Assembly (NCBI GenBank): GCA_002811645.1
Contig: PDIP01000060.1
Coordinates: forward strand, 62,001 to 126,000
Reading direction: 5' to 3'
Source of the DNA: Corallochytrium limacisporum Hawaii
Lineage: Eukaryota; Protista; Pluriformea
DNA length: 64,000 bases
The notes below the pieces were generated by a model. It was not told where the DNA came from. It ran no database searches and saw only the letters and a program-made list of their open reading frames with translations. This document shows, piece after piece, positions 48,313 to 58,862 of the stretch. The position numbers and the translations under genes are program-made. Numbering within the stretch: position 1 is the stretch's first letter; every line of letters starts with the position of its first letter.

Positions 48313-51300
48313 ATGGGCGACCAACCGCCGCCGCCCCCTGGGGACGGACAAGGACCGCCACAAAATACCTATGCGCAGCAGGGACAGCAAGCTGGAACAC
48401 AAGACCCGTACTACGGCCAGTTCTACCACCAACAGCAAGGTCAACAGCAAGCACATTATTCAGGTTATCAGGGCCAATATGCCCCACCTCCACCGCAGCA
48501 GCAGCAAGCTTCAGGTTACGGTCAGGGCGCAGGTTACTATTCGCAGCCTCCACCACCACAGTACGGGCATCAGCCGCCGCCTCAGCAGCAGGCTCCGACT
48601 CAATCTGGGTACGGGCAACAGGGCTACTATCAGCAACCTCCACCACAACAGCAACAGTACAGTGGTCAGGGTTACTACCAGCAAGCACCACCAAACCAGC
48701 AGTACTACGCAGGATACAATCAGCAACCTACACCACAGCAGACACAGTACAATCAGCCACCGCAACCTCAGCAGCAGCAGCAGGCTTCGTCATTTGGCCA
48801 AGTTTCACCACAGCCACCTGGTGCTCGAGATCAGAGCCCATCGTACGCCCAGAGGCGGCCCAGTCCATACAAAGCAGAAGAGCATTACGGGAGCCAACAA
48901 CCCCCGCCACAGCAGCAGTACTATCCGCCACCGCCACCGCAGACTGGAGAAAATCAGCCGCCACAGGATCAGCAGCAGCAGCAGCCGCAACAGCAGCAAC
49001 CATCGCACCTTCAGCCTCCTCAATACCAGTCAGGAGGATATGCTCCGTACGTGCCTCCAACAACGTCAGATGAGCCAAGCCAGCAGCATTCGAAACAGAA
49101 CGAAAAATCAGAGTCCGCGCCGCCACCGCGACCTCAGCAACAACGAGCAATGGCTCCCTCAGCAGCTGCACCGGCCTACACGCCGGGACCGTGGGATCAG
49201 CAGCAAAAACCACAGCATCAGACGCATTACCCTCATCCCCATACGGTGCCCACGCAGCATGCGCCTTCTAATGTACACCACCACGGACCACCTAAACCTT
49301 CCCCACGGCAACACCACGGACCTGGAACTACCCCTAGTGCAAGTACGGCGAGGGGCTACAAAATGGGTAGCGGTGATGCTGCGGCTGCGGCTGCGTACAA
49401 ACCGAAACAGGTAACGCGCAAAGCAAGTGCCAAGAAGAACCCAAGGCCACGCATGATCAACGGCGTCATGGATGATATTGATGAAATCATTGTGAGCATA
49501 AACGACCTGCCCACCACGCCAAAGCAAGAGTTGCTTGAGCATCGGCGCAAGGAATTGAACGGTGACATGGACGGATACATTCAGGTACCGTCTTCCAAAC
49601 ACCAACGTACTGTGCACAACCGGGAGGCCATTCACCGACACCGCATCGGGGACGCCTTCCTCGACACGCTAGACATGATGGAAGACCATGAAGATGATGT
49701 GAAGGAAGTTGGCATACCGAATCGACTTATACAGAATGGAGCGCAGGTTGTGCACGCGCAAGAAGACACGTTCACCACCGTCCCGCAGAGCGGTTCCACA
49801 AAAAAGCCTGGTGACAAGAAAAAGATTACTACCGCAGCCAACGGAGCACACGGGCCGGACACCAAGGATACCGGGGCCGATGAGAAGAAGCCCTTAATCA
49901 TAAGTACCGATATCACTCGGGCTATGCCGAAGAAGGGTATGGACGATGCCTTCTTTGCTCACAACACCAAATTTGTGACACCAGAAGAGTACGGTATTCT
50001 GCTTGCTCGACACAAGGGCCGTCATGTGGACCGCATCAAGGACAACGACAAGACGAAGTTGTCTGTGGCGACAATGCGCAAATTGACCTCTGGCCTGAAC
50101 ACGTTCAAACGTAGCAACGCTTCGCTCGCGAACGAGAAGATCAAGGTCACTGCGGCTCAGGGCAATGGCTTTCTGCCCCAAAACATCGGTGCTGCCTCGA
50201 TGATTCTTGAGACCCTCACCAAGACCAAGAAAAAGAGCGGCTCGGTAGTGGGTATGGTCATTGCGGGAACCCGCATTCCCAGCGGTCTATCCCGCAGTGA
50301 GCGGCGCAAGCTCGCCCGTCGTTTACAAAAGGAACAGATGCGTATCGCGGCCGGTCTAGATCCCAATGCCCCAGAGGATGGCAAGAAGAAAGCCCGTCGA
50401 TCTCGAACGCGGGTTGCTAGGGATTTGAAAGAAGATGAAGACGGTGCCATCCCCAGGCGGAGGCGTCGGAGAGTGTCTAAGGAGCCGAAGCCCCCAAAGA
50501 TACCCAAAATCAAGCTCACGCGCGAGGAACGACTGGAACGCGCCCGTACGCGACGTCAAGAAAAGCGAAGGGAGCTTAAGGAAAGGAAGGACTTGCAGAG
50601 CGAGGCTAGTCGACTCGCAAAGTCTCGGCGGCTGGCCTACCGCTCGCTCTGTCGTGTTGACATTCCGCGTGCGTTCAAGGAATTCCAGGCTCGGTATAAT
50701 CAAGTGCTGTCGAATGCGCGTAAAATAAGCATGCAGACCCAGAAAGAGGTCAAGAAAGCAGCGATTCAGCGTCACAAGGATAATGGTGGCGTGCCATTGA
50801 GGGCCAAGAAATTGGTCAAGCAAATGTTACGTTACTGGCGCCATGCAGAACGGCAAGAAAAGGAGGTGCAGAAGCGTCAAGAGAAGGAAGATCTCATCCG
50901 TCGTCGCGCCGAGGAAGAACTGCGTGAAGCGAAGCGACAGCAACGTAAGCTCAACTTTCTCATCACTCAAACTGAATTGTACGCTCATTTCGTGGGTGCA
51001 AAGGTGGGAACTGCCGCCGCACAAGCACCAGAAGCCAAGTCCAATTCCAATGGGGGCGATGTGGAACCGCAAACTGAGGACATCGCTGCGAAGGTGGGTG
51101 GTGAGGACCCGGTCAAGATCAGTGAGAATGAGATTCTCAAGCAGCTTGAGGCCGGTATGACTCAGGAGGAGATTGAACAGGCGAAGCAGGAAGCTGCTGC
51201 GGTCCAGAAAGAGAAGGGCAAACGACAGGCACCGTCACGTGGTCTCAGGAAGGCCAGTTCGGAAGACTCTGCCAGTGGGGACGTTAGGAATGATGATGAA

Positions 51301-54300
51301 GCCGATGATGAGGACGACAACATTGAGTTGCTCAAACAGAAGGCTATTGAAAACGCCAAAAGCGCTATCGATGAACAGAAGGCTCGCACGGCCCAGTTCG
51401 ATGCCGAGTACCAGGCTGAACAGGAGGCCGCGGCTGCCAACGCAGAGGGCGGTACTGAATCAACAGTGCGGAAGGCTGGACGAACGGGGGCACTGACTTT
51501 CGATAATCCGCAGATGGGCGAGGGTTACGCGACCCTGCGGCAGCCCAAGATGTTTAACGGTACAATGAAGGGCTACCAGCTAAAGGGTATTAGTTGGTTG
51601 TACAATCTCTACGACCAGGGCATCAATGGTATTCTGGCCGATGAGATGGGTCTCGGAAAAACGGTGCAATCCATTGCTCTACTATGCCACATTGCAGAGA
51701 CGCAGAATATTTGGGGACCATTCCTAGTCATTGCACCTGCTTCAACACTGCACAATTGGTTGCAAGAATTCAAGCAATTTGCGCCTACGTTCCAGGTCTT
51801 ACCGTACTGGGGCAATATTGAGGAACGTAAGGTCCTGCGAAAGTTCTGGAACCACCGTGGCATCTACACCAAGTCGAGTGCGTGCCACGTCGTAGTCACC
51901 AACTATCAGCTCGTGGTGTCGGATGCGAATTACTTCCAGCGTGTGAAATGGCAGTACATGATTCTCGACGAAGCTCAGGCTATCAAATCGAGCTCTTCGA
52001 TACGCTGGAAGACTCTGCTCGGTTTCAACTGCCGCAATCGTCTGCTATTGACTGGTACGCCGATCCAAAACTCAATGGCCGAGCTATGGGCCCTATTGCA
52101 TTTCATTATGCCCAGTCTATTCGACAGCCACAAGGAATTCAGTGAATGGTTCAGTAAGGATATTGAGGCCACAGCGACGGATCAGAAAGGCGGTATCGAT
52201 GAAGCCCAGTTGCGCCGGTTGCACATGATCCTCAAGCCGTTCATGCTGCGCCGTGTAAAGACAAGCGTGGACCTGGAGCTGCCGGATAAGATTGAGATTG
52301 AACTGAACTGTGGGTTATCCGCACGCCAGATGGCCCTATACACGGGCATTCGCAAGAAGATTAGTATCGAAGAGCTGTTGGATACGGCCCTCGAATTCGG
52401 CAACCAAACTACAGAGGACAATAATCAGCAAGTCAGTCGATTGATGAACCTGGTCATGCAGTTTCGCAAGGTCTGCAACCACCCAGATCTATTCGAGCGG
52501 CGTGAGCCCGACTCGCCATTCTTCTTTAGTCCCGAATTGTGCCATGTTGGTCGTCGGAACATTCGTCAGCTAAGAGAAGCGCAACAGGCCACCGGTGGGC
52601 TCATGATCAATACCACTGCCACTGCTGCGGAACGGAAAGCTATCCCGGCGTCCCAATACCCACTCTTCAGCTGTCAGACCGACGCGAGCATGACGAATCC
52701 GTCCATTTTTGCCACACAGCGTAGCCCTTGGAATCACAATGAAATGATTTGGGTCAATCCAAGTGTGACGCGCCCATTGACTGTCCTTGTACCACGAATT
52801 GTATTTGAGCAGGCTATGACTATCCACCGCATGCAGAACGACGGGTTTGTGGTGCCTAGCACCAATGAGGGCCGTGTGTTGCAGCGTTGGATCGGTAACC
52901 GGCTGCTCTGGAACGAACAGTATGTTCACAACTGCGTTATGGGCGACTCGCAGGGCAAGGACGACTCCATTTTTGCCTTTGTACGCCTCTCCGGGCTCAC
53001 TGCGGGCGATTTCGTGGGCTGTGGCTTGGGCTTGACTGCGGCCATCACCCGCCCTGTCGCGTCTATTCTGCCACAACACCGTCATAGTTCGATCGCGGCT
53101 GAGGGTCGTGCAGCCGTGGCCTTGCTCTGCATTGCGCATGAATGGTCGCGGAAGCGAGCGGCTATTTCGACTGTTCGCGACACTGAAGGCAGCCGCAGTA
53201 GCCAGAACGACAAAGAAACGGTGATCAGCTGCGGCGGGACGATGGATAGCACCGTATTGCTTCGAGAGATCACGTCTACCCGATACTCCAATGGTCATAA
53301 CGATGCGAACATGATGCTCAAGCCGGTTATGAAGTCCGATCTAATGCTTCATGCCCTGAACGGCGGTCTTGCCATCCTACCAGGTATCGTTAGTGGCGAC
53401 AACGATGCCTTCGACCTCTACACCCTGCAGAGCTGGAGCCTGAACCTTCAATGCACCTTGGACGGGGCCCTGGCTCCTGTCCCTGATCTGTATGCCAGCC
53501 ACCCGCGTGGCGAATGTCATGCACCCCTGTCCGCCTCCCGGGCGCCGAGCTATCAGCAATCTTATGCGGAACCAACCACTATTACGGATGACTCCTGGGC
53601 TATGTTCTGGCTGTCCGGCATTTGGTACGCGCCCGCACAGGCCAACCGCCGCCGCCTGATGATCGCAAGTGCTGTGGACGACGCTGCAAACGAGGACGCA
53701 AATGACCGGTTTATGGCTGCGCTGCTTTCTGGTGACCAGGATGCTGCAGCTAATGCCAGCCACGAGCAAGCAATGATCGTCGCTCCCATGCTTGAGCATG
53801 CAGACAATGATGCGACCCTGCTTAATCCGTCGCGTCGGGACCTGTCCTGCCACCAACCGTTATCATGTCCGCTCCAGGTGCCGGAGAAGCGCCTTCTCAT
53901 CTCGGACGCTGGCAAACTGCGTACCCTGGATCGTCTGCTTGTCACGCTTAAGAACGAGGGCCATCGTACATTACTTTACTCGCAGATGACCCGTATGATT
54001 GATCTTTTGGAGGAGTATCTGACTTTCCGACAGTACAAGTATATTCGGTTGGATGGTAGCTCCAAGATCAGTGATCGTCGCGATATGGTAAGTGATTTCC
54101 AGACCCGCGATGACATTTTTGTGTTCCTTCTGTCCACCAGGGCCGGTGGCCTGGGAATCAACCTGACGGCTGCTGACACAGTGATTTTCTACGACTCGGA
54201 CTGGAATCCGACCGTGGACCAGCAGGCCATGGATCGTGCACACCGTGTCGGTCAGACGAAGCAAGTCACAGTATACCGCATGGTCACAAAGGGTTCGATC

Positions 54301-54567
54301 GAGGACCGTATCCTGCAGCGCGCCCGTCAGAAGTCCCAGATTCAAAGCATGGTCATTTCCGGCAGCGGCAGCTTCAAGGGCACAGCGGACAAGCTTGTCG
54401 CGAGTGATGTGGTCAACATGCTGCTCGACGACGACGAAATGGAGCGCAACTTCCGCAAAAAGCAGAAGGAGCGCAAGGCCATGGAGAAGCGCCGAGCGGC
54501 GGAACGGCGCAAGCGGCGCAAGCTGGAGGAGATTGAGCGGCAGAAGGCTTTGCATCAGATTGCTTAA
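48313..54567 (+). CDS. INO80: Chromatin-remodelling ATPase INO80
   Basis: DBINO/HSA region (REAKRQQRKLNFLITQTELYAHF); split SNF2 ATPase with GILADEMGLGKTVQSI, LDEAQAIKSSSS, LLLTGTPIQN, long insertion, RLDGSSKISDRRDMV and SDWNPTVDQQAMDRAHRVGQ. Confidence 0.97.
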   Translation: MGDQPPPPPGDGQGPPQNTYAQQGQQAGTQDPYYGQFYHQQQGQQQAHYSGYQGQYAPPPPQQQQASGYGQGAGYYSQPPPPQYGHQPPPQQQAPTQSGYGQQGYYQQPPPQQQQYSGQGYYQQAPPNQQYYAGYNQQPTPQQTQYNQPPQPQQQQQASSFGQVSPQPPGARDQSPSYAQRRPSPYKAEEHYGSQQPPPQQQYYPPPPPQTGENQPPQDQQQQQPQQQQPSHLQPPQYQSGGYAPYVPPTTSDEPSQQHSKQNEKSESAPPPRPQQQRAMAPSAAAPAYTPGPWDQQQKPQHQTHYPHPHTVPTQHAPSNVHHHGPPKPSPRQHHGPGTTPSASTARGYKMGSGDAAAAAAYKPKQVTRKASAKKNPRPRMINGVMDDIDEIIVSINDLPTTPKQELLEHRRKELNGDMDGYIQVPSSKHQRTVHNREAIHRHRIGDAFLDTLDMMEDHEDDVKEVGIPNRLIQNGAQVVHAQEDTFTTVPQSGSTKKPGDKKKITTAANGAHGPDTKDTGADEKKPLIISTDITRAMPKKGMDDAFFAHNTKFVTPEEYGILLARHKGRHVDRIKDNDKTKLSVATMRKLTSGLNTFKRSNASLANEKIKVTAAQGNGFLPQNIGAASMILETLTKTKKKSGSVVGMVIAGTRIPSGLSRSERRKLARRLQKEQMRIAAGLDPNAPEDGKKKARRSRTRVARDLKEDEDGAIPRRRRRRVSKEPKPPKIPKIKLTREERLERARTRRQEKRRELKERKDLQSEASRLAKSRRLAYRSLCRVDIPRAFKEFQARYNQVLSNARKISMQTQKEVKKAAIQRHKDNGGVPLRAKKLVKQMLRYWRHAERQEKEVQKRQEKEDLIRRRAEEELREAKRQQRKLNFLITQTELYAHFVGAKVGTAAAQAPEAKSNSNGGDVEPQTEDIAAKVGGEDPVKISENEILKQLEAGMTQEEIEQAKQEAAAVQKEKGKRQAPSRGLRKASSEDSASGDVRNDDEADDEDDNIELLKQKAIENAKSAIDEQKARTAQFDAEYQAEQEAAAANAEGGTESTVRKAGRTGALTFDNPQMGEGYATLRQPKMFNGTMKGYQLKGISWLYNLYDQGINGILADEMGLGKTVQSIALLCHIAETQNIWGPFLVIAPASTLHNWLQEFKQFAPTFQVLPYWGNIEERKVLRKFWNHRGIYTKSSACHVVVTNYQLVVSDANYFQRVKWQYMILDEAQAIKSSSSIRWKTLLGFNCRNRLLLTGTPIQNSMAELWALLHFIMPSLFDSHKEFSEWFSKDIEATATDQKGGIDEAQLRRLHMILKPFMLRRVKTSVDLELPDKIEIELNCGLSARQMALYTGIRKKISIEELLDTALEFGNQTTEDNNQQVSRLMNLVMQFRKVCNHPDLFERREPDSPFFFSPELCHVGRRNIRQLREAQQATGGLMINTTATAAERKAIPASQYPLFSCQTDASMTNPSIFATQRSPWNHNEMIWVNPSVTRPLTVLVPRIVFEQAMTIHRMQNDGFVVPSTNEGRVLQRWIGNRLLWNEQYVHNCVMGDSQGKDDSIFAFVRLSGLTAGDFVGCGLGLTAAITRPVASILPQHRHSSIAAEGRAAVALLCIAHEWSRKRAAISTVRDTEGSRSSQNDKETVISCGGTMDSTVLLREITSTRYSNGHNDANMMLKPVMKSDLMLHALNGGLAILPGIVSGDNDAFDLYTLQSWSLNLQCTLDGALAPVPDLYASHPRGECHAPLSASRAPSYQQSYAEPTTITDDSWAMFWLSGIWYAPAQANRRRLMIASAVDDAANEDANDRFMAALLSGDQDAAANASHEQAMIVAPMLEHADNDATLLNPSRRDLSCHQPLSCPLQVPEKRLLISDAGKLRTLDRLLVTLKNEGHRTLLYSQMTRMIDLLEEYLTFRQYKYIRLDGSSKISDRRDMVSDFQTRDDIFVFLLSTRAGGLGINLTAADTVIFYDSDWNPTVDQQAMDRAHRVGQTKQVTVYRMVTKGSIEDRILQRARQKSQIQSMVISGSGSFKGTADKLVASDVVNMLLDDDEMERNFRKKQKERKAMEKRRAAERRKRRKLEEIERQKALHQIA

Positions 54568-54824
54568 TATTGTAGCGAGCATCAAAGAATTATTACAGTA
54601 GTCGACCCACGTCCATACTGATTAGAAATATCCCCGATTCAAAGTTTTGTAATGCTATAGGGATGCTTAGGTGTCTGTGTGTCGTGCAACGGCAGAAGAA
54701 TCTCTTCGGTCGGTTATGGTCGGTGAATCTAGTATAGTGTGAGTGTCTGCATGGAACTTTGTGAAATGAAAGCATGAAGCCACATATGAAAATGATGATC
54801 ATTGTAAATCATGGACATGCTAGC

Positions 54825-56627
54825 TCATGCAAAGGGATTGCCTCCGCCCTGCTGCTGCTGCTGTGGAGACTGCATGGGCTGCATGGTGCTTCCCCCGATG
54901 TTGCCAAAGGCAGCGAAAGGGTTGTTGCTCTGCTGCTGCTTTTGCTGCGATTGTCCACCGACTCCTCCAAGTCCAGCAAACGCCTCCTGCTGTGCACTAG
55001 CGGCAAAGGGATTGCCACCACCACCGCCACTATTACTGCCAGGCTGTTGCTGCATCGGCGGCCTCGGTGGTCCCTGCTGCTGTTGCTGCTGAGGCCCTGG
55101 CCCTCCGAACCCGCCAAATCCACCAAATGGGTTGCCGCCCTGCTGTTGCTGCTTCTGAGGTCCGCCCTGTTGGCCTGGGTACGTGTACTGCTGCGGTTGC
55201 TGCTGCGGTTGCTGCTGCGGTTGCTGCTGCTGCTGCTGGGGACGAGGAGGTCCACCCATACCTCCGAATGGATTGCTACCGGCGCCAACCCCCCCGCCGT
55301 TTTGAGTTTGCATTGGTGGCATGCCCGGCACCGAGTGTCCTCCCGAACCAGCAGGCGGTCCAGATGAGAGTGAGCTAAAGTCCATGTCACGCAAGGCGGC
55401 GTATCGGTCGCCACTGTTGCCGCTTGCAGCTGGTCCGCCGCTCGGAGGCGGGGCGGCGGCTGAACCGGGCGCGGGCCCAGAGCCAGTGGTCGGCACCAGC
55501 GGTGCGCCCATAAACGCCGGGGGACGATTGCCCTGAGGCTGCTGTGGTTGTGAAGGTTGCTGCTGCTGTTGGGTCTGCTGAGATTGCATCGGGGATCCCC
55601 CAAAATTTCCGAAAGGATTCGACGGCTGCGCTTGCTGCTGCTGTTGCGGTGGCTGCTGAGCTGCGGGCGGTCCCCCGAAGTTTGCAAACGGATTTGCTGC
55701 TGACTGTGGTGGTGGCTGCTGCTGCTGCTGTTGCTGCTGCTGAGGTGCTTGTGGCTGCTGTGGCTGCTGCTGAGCTGGTGGTCCTCCAAAGGTCCCGAAA
55801 GGATTTGTGGCTGACTGTGGAGGTGCCTGCTGCTGTTGCTGTTGATGCTGAGCACCAGGCGCTCCAAAGTTACCAAATGGATTCGATGACTGCTGCTGTG
55901 GCTGCTGCTGTGGCTGCTGCTGCGGCTGCTGCTGCGGCCCACCCGAACTGAAAGCACTGAATAGCTCCGCAGCAGTGCTGCCCGGGACAGATTGTGACTG
56001 GCCGCCAGATCCGTCAAAGTCGAGCAGAGTGCCGCCTTTCGGTGCCTGGACGCTCACGCTCTGTGGTGGTCCTCCGGGGACCGCGCCGATGGCGAAAGGA
56101 TTGCTGTGCTGTCCGGCTGGCGATTGCTGCGAAGGGATCGTACCGGACCGTGACCGGGGCGCAGACTGGGGTGGTGCCATCAGACCACCACCATGGGCTC
56201 CTGAGTGATGTGCTCGCTGTTGTGGTTGATTCTCTGGGACCGAGCTCGGGTCAACGTAGAAGCGCTTTTCAATGTATTTTGCCTTGATCCACCTCCGAAG
56301 GACATCACTTTGTCCTGGCTCGGGAGGTTTCATGTCATTCCCGGGACTGTATCGCCCTTGGTAAATAGCCTTTGCGCGCGCATTACCACCGGCACGGATT
56401 CCGCTCATATCGGCGGCCGTGAACTTTGCCATGGAAATAGATTTCAACTTCATTTCCGAGAACTCACGTAGGATACCAGCGCAGGTCTGGCATACAAAGG
56501 AGTCATTGTATAGATTTACGTATGTTGGGCCACGGGCACCGCACTCTAGGCAGTGTTTGTTCTCCTCCATGCGAACCATCTTTCGCAACTCATCAACGTT
56601 GCGGTCATCTTGCGATCTGGGTGCCAT
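54825..56627 (-). CDS. ArfGAP with NPF/FG repeats (AGFG1/Hrb/Gts1-like)
   Basis: ArfGAP zinc finger CLEC-x16-CQTC-x4-R, KSISMAKFT, GGNARAK and WIKAKYIEKRF. Disordered tail with 10 NPF motifs, clathrin-box-like LLDFD and DRYAALRDMD. Confidence 0.92.
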   Translation of the reverse strand: MAPRSQDDRNVDELRKMVRMEENKHCLECGARGPTYVNLYNDSFVCQTCAGILREFSEMKLKSISMAKFTAADMSGIRAGGNARAKAIYQGRYSPGNDMKPPEPGQSDVLRRWIKAKYIEKRFYVDPSSVPENQPQQRAHHSGAHGGGLMAPPQSAPRSRSGTIPSQQSPAGQHSNPFAIGAVPGGPPQSVSVQAPKGGTLLDFDGSGGQSQSVPGSTAAELFSAFSSGGPQQQPQQQPQQQPQQQSSNPFGNFGAPGAQHQQQQQQAPPQSATNPFGTFGGPPAQQQPQQPQAPQQQQQQQQQPPPQSAANPFANFGGPPAAQQPPQQQQQAQPSNPFGNFGGSPMQSQQTQQQQQPSQPQQPQGNRPPAFMGAPLVPTTGSGPAPGSAAAPPPSGGPAASGNSGDRYAALRDMDFSSLSSGPPAGSGGHSVPGMPPMQTQNGGGVGAGSNPFGGMGGPPRPQQQQQQPQQQPQQQPQQYTYPGQQGGPQKQQQQGGNPFGGFGGFGGPGPQQQQQQGPPRPPMQQQPGSNSGGGGGNPFAASAQQEAFAGLGGVGGQSQQKQQQSNNPFAAFGNIGGSTMQPMQSPQQQQQGGGNPFA

Positions 56628-58862
56628 GGCTGAATTGTTTGCCTTGTAATCTCTGTATCAATTTTCTTTGTTGCTGGAAATCTATCTATAATTTTGGGTC
56701 CTCTGCTTTAGATTTGTTACTGTAGCGTGCTAACTTTTCCTATGCCTTTGTCAGAACTTCATCCCCACAAAGGAAAAGCACTACCCGTCCTGACGAAGAC
56801 CCGCGCGTCTTTTCCGCTATCAGTCCAAAACTGTGTTGTGACACAGATTCATGTCTTCTCATACGTCACCGAGACCCAACCAGCTGTCCTACATCGGCTT
56901 GAATGTGGAAAAGCACATTCCGAAGCACGCTTTTGTCTACAGGCGGAATGACGTCGAATCCCAATGCTTAGCCGCCCCCCTTTCCTCCCTCCATTCCGTG
57001 CTTTCTCGCAACAACGCGTAGTAGCACAAGAGCTGCACTGCCCCCAACCAACGGCTCCGTCCACCCATACATTCCCCCTCCCCTTTCTCACCTTCCCTCC
57101 CGAACACCACCACCTCTCCCTCCCAACCCCATCCCTCTTCGGCCAAGCGCCAGCAAGGCGACCGTACTTGGTTCCAGTGCTGCTCCTCCGACCACTCTTC
57201 CGTCCCCGAACTGTCCCCTGCCCACCCTTGCGCGCAATGAGCGCTATCAAACGGCGCGCTGCAAATGGGGGGACCCGGCAAAAAAAAAACAAGAAAAATA
57301 AAAAAATGGAAGAAACCAACAAAAGGAAATACACCGTTGATCCCCTCCCGCTCTGCGCTCCCGCTGGGCCGTGATTCGAGCTCTCTGGAGGAAGGCACCG
57401 ATTGGCCCCGCCGACTGTGTTTCTTTTTCCCCCCTTTGCCTATGCGGCCCGGTAACGCGGGAGCCCGGGGGGGGAGGGGGAGGGGGGGCCTTCTTCCTCA
57501 GCACTCCCGCCACGGCTGCTTTTCTTGGCCCGAAACGTTCCGATCACCCGCTCCCAGTTCCACTGAAGAGCCCTACCCAATAGAACGCTCACTCTCTCTG
57601 TTCAGAGTAGTCTCTGAAATAAACGATGAAACACACCTGGAAAGGAACAGCAAGCGAATGAAGTCACAGGGGGCCACAGCATGTCGCTCACAAGGTGGAG
57701 GAGTAGGAGGACATGACCCGTTCGAGCCTCGGAACGCACATGAGGAGCGAGCTGCCCTTGTCACCGGTACCTGATATGCCCGAACACCAGACGACCTAAA
57801 ACACATATCAGTTCCCACTCCTTCCCACCACCACACCAAAACGGCAAAAGGTTTTTGTTGCTGGCACTGGTAGCAGAGGCACACGATGAGAAGTTGGGGT
57901 GGCTCTGCTGAACGGGGGATTGCCCCCTTTCAAAGCCACAAAACGGCGGGCCCCAGTTTGGACCCCGGAAAAGGGAAAAGGTTAGTTGGGGAGGGAAATT
58001 GCTGAGAACCGAACGGAAAAAGTATAAAAAGAGGGAGGGAATGCGAAATCACACTCTAAGGGTAACGGAGTAAACACTCAAAATGAAAATGGAAGCGCGC
58101 GCACAATCCGGCCCCTGGTGTTCAATATGTTTACTATAGAATACGCTTGAGAATAGCGTGCTGCTTGGCCCCACTCCATCGCTGGTAGTGACGTCCGATT
58201 GGGTGCTGGCCAGCAGTGTCTCAATGTGGCCTGGTTTGCACATCCGGATATAAAATTAGGGACGCGGGGAGGGGCAGGAAAAAACACACACAAATCGTTG
58301 AAGCGTACACACATGATTTTTTCATGTTTTTTACGCCTTGGTACTTTTTGTTGGGGAATCGGAATTTTTCTTAATTTTGAGGTATTCGGTGGGGCCTTAT
58401 TCAGCACAGTAGTTTAGTAATGAAATAACCGGAGAAGGTTGCAAGATTCATTCCCAATACAAATTAACGGAAATGTCGCCTCATTGGGCCATTTACAGTA
58501 GTCTGGCCCTCCCTTTGGCCCACTGGGGTGGCCTGCACCATTGAAAACTTGATACCTGCAGTCCGTGAGTACTGCGGGACTATGCGCTTTTCGCCTTCGC
58601 GAGCGCTCATTTCCAGCTCCAAAGTGACCCTCAATACGTTCATTACCAACTGGAACGACGGTATCCCTCGAACCACAGGAGCCGAGTTCTAGGGTCATAC
58701 AGAAGCAAGGCACTAATGTCATATCGTAATTGTATCCTATTGAACGAAGGAGATCATGGAAGCTATTTGAAGTGATAAGATATTTAAGTGCTGGTACTAA
58801 TATGTTTGCCGTCATAGATTTATTTTTACGGTTAGTCTGTCAATCTATTCAAATCTACAACC

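Noticed and set aside
48245-49414. 389-aa His/Ser/Arg-rich ORF
   Set aside because: Alternative frame of the CAG/CCG-rich INO80 N-terminus; non-ATG start and no protein-like features.
54809-56017. 402-aa Ser-rich minus-strand ORF
   Set aside because: Alternative frame of the poly-Q ArfGAP tail.
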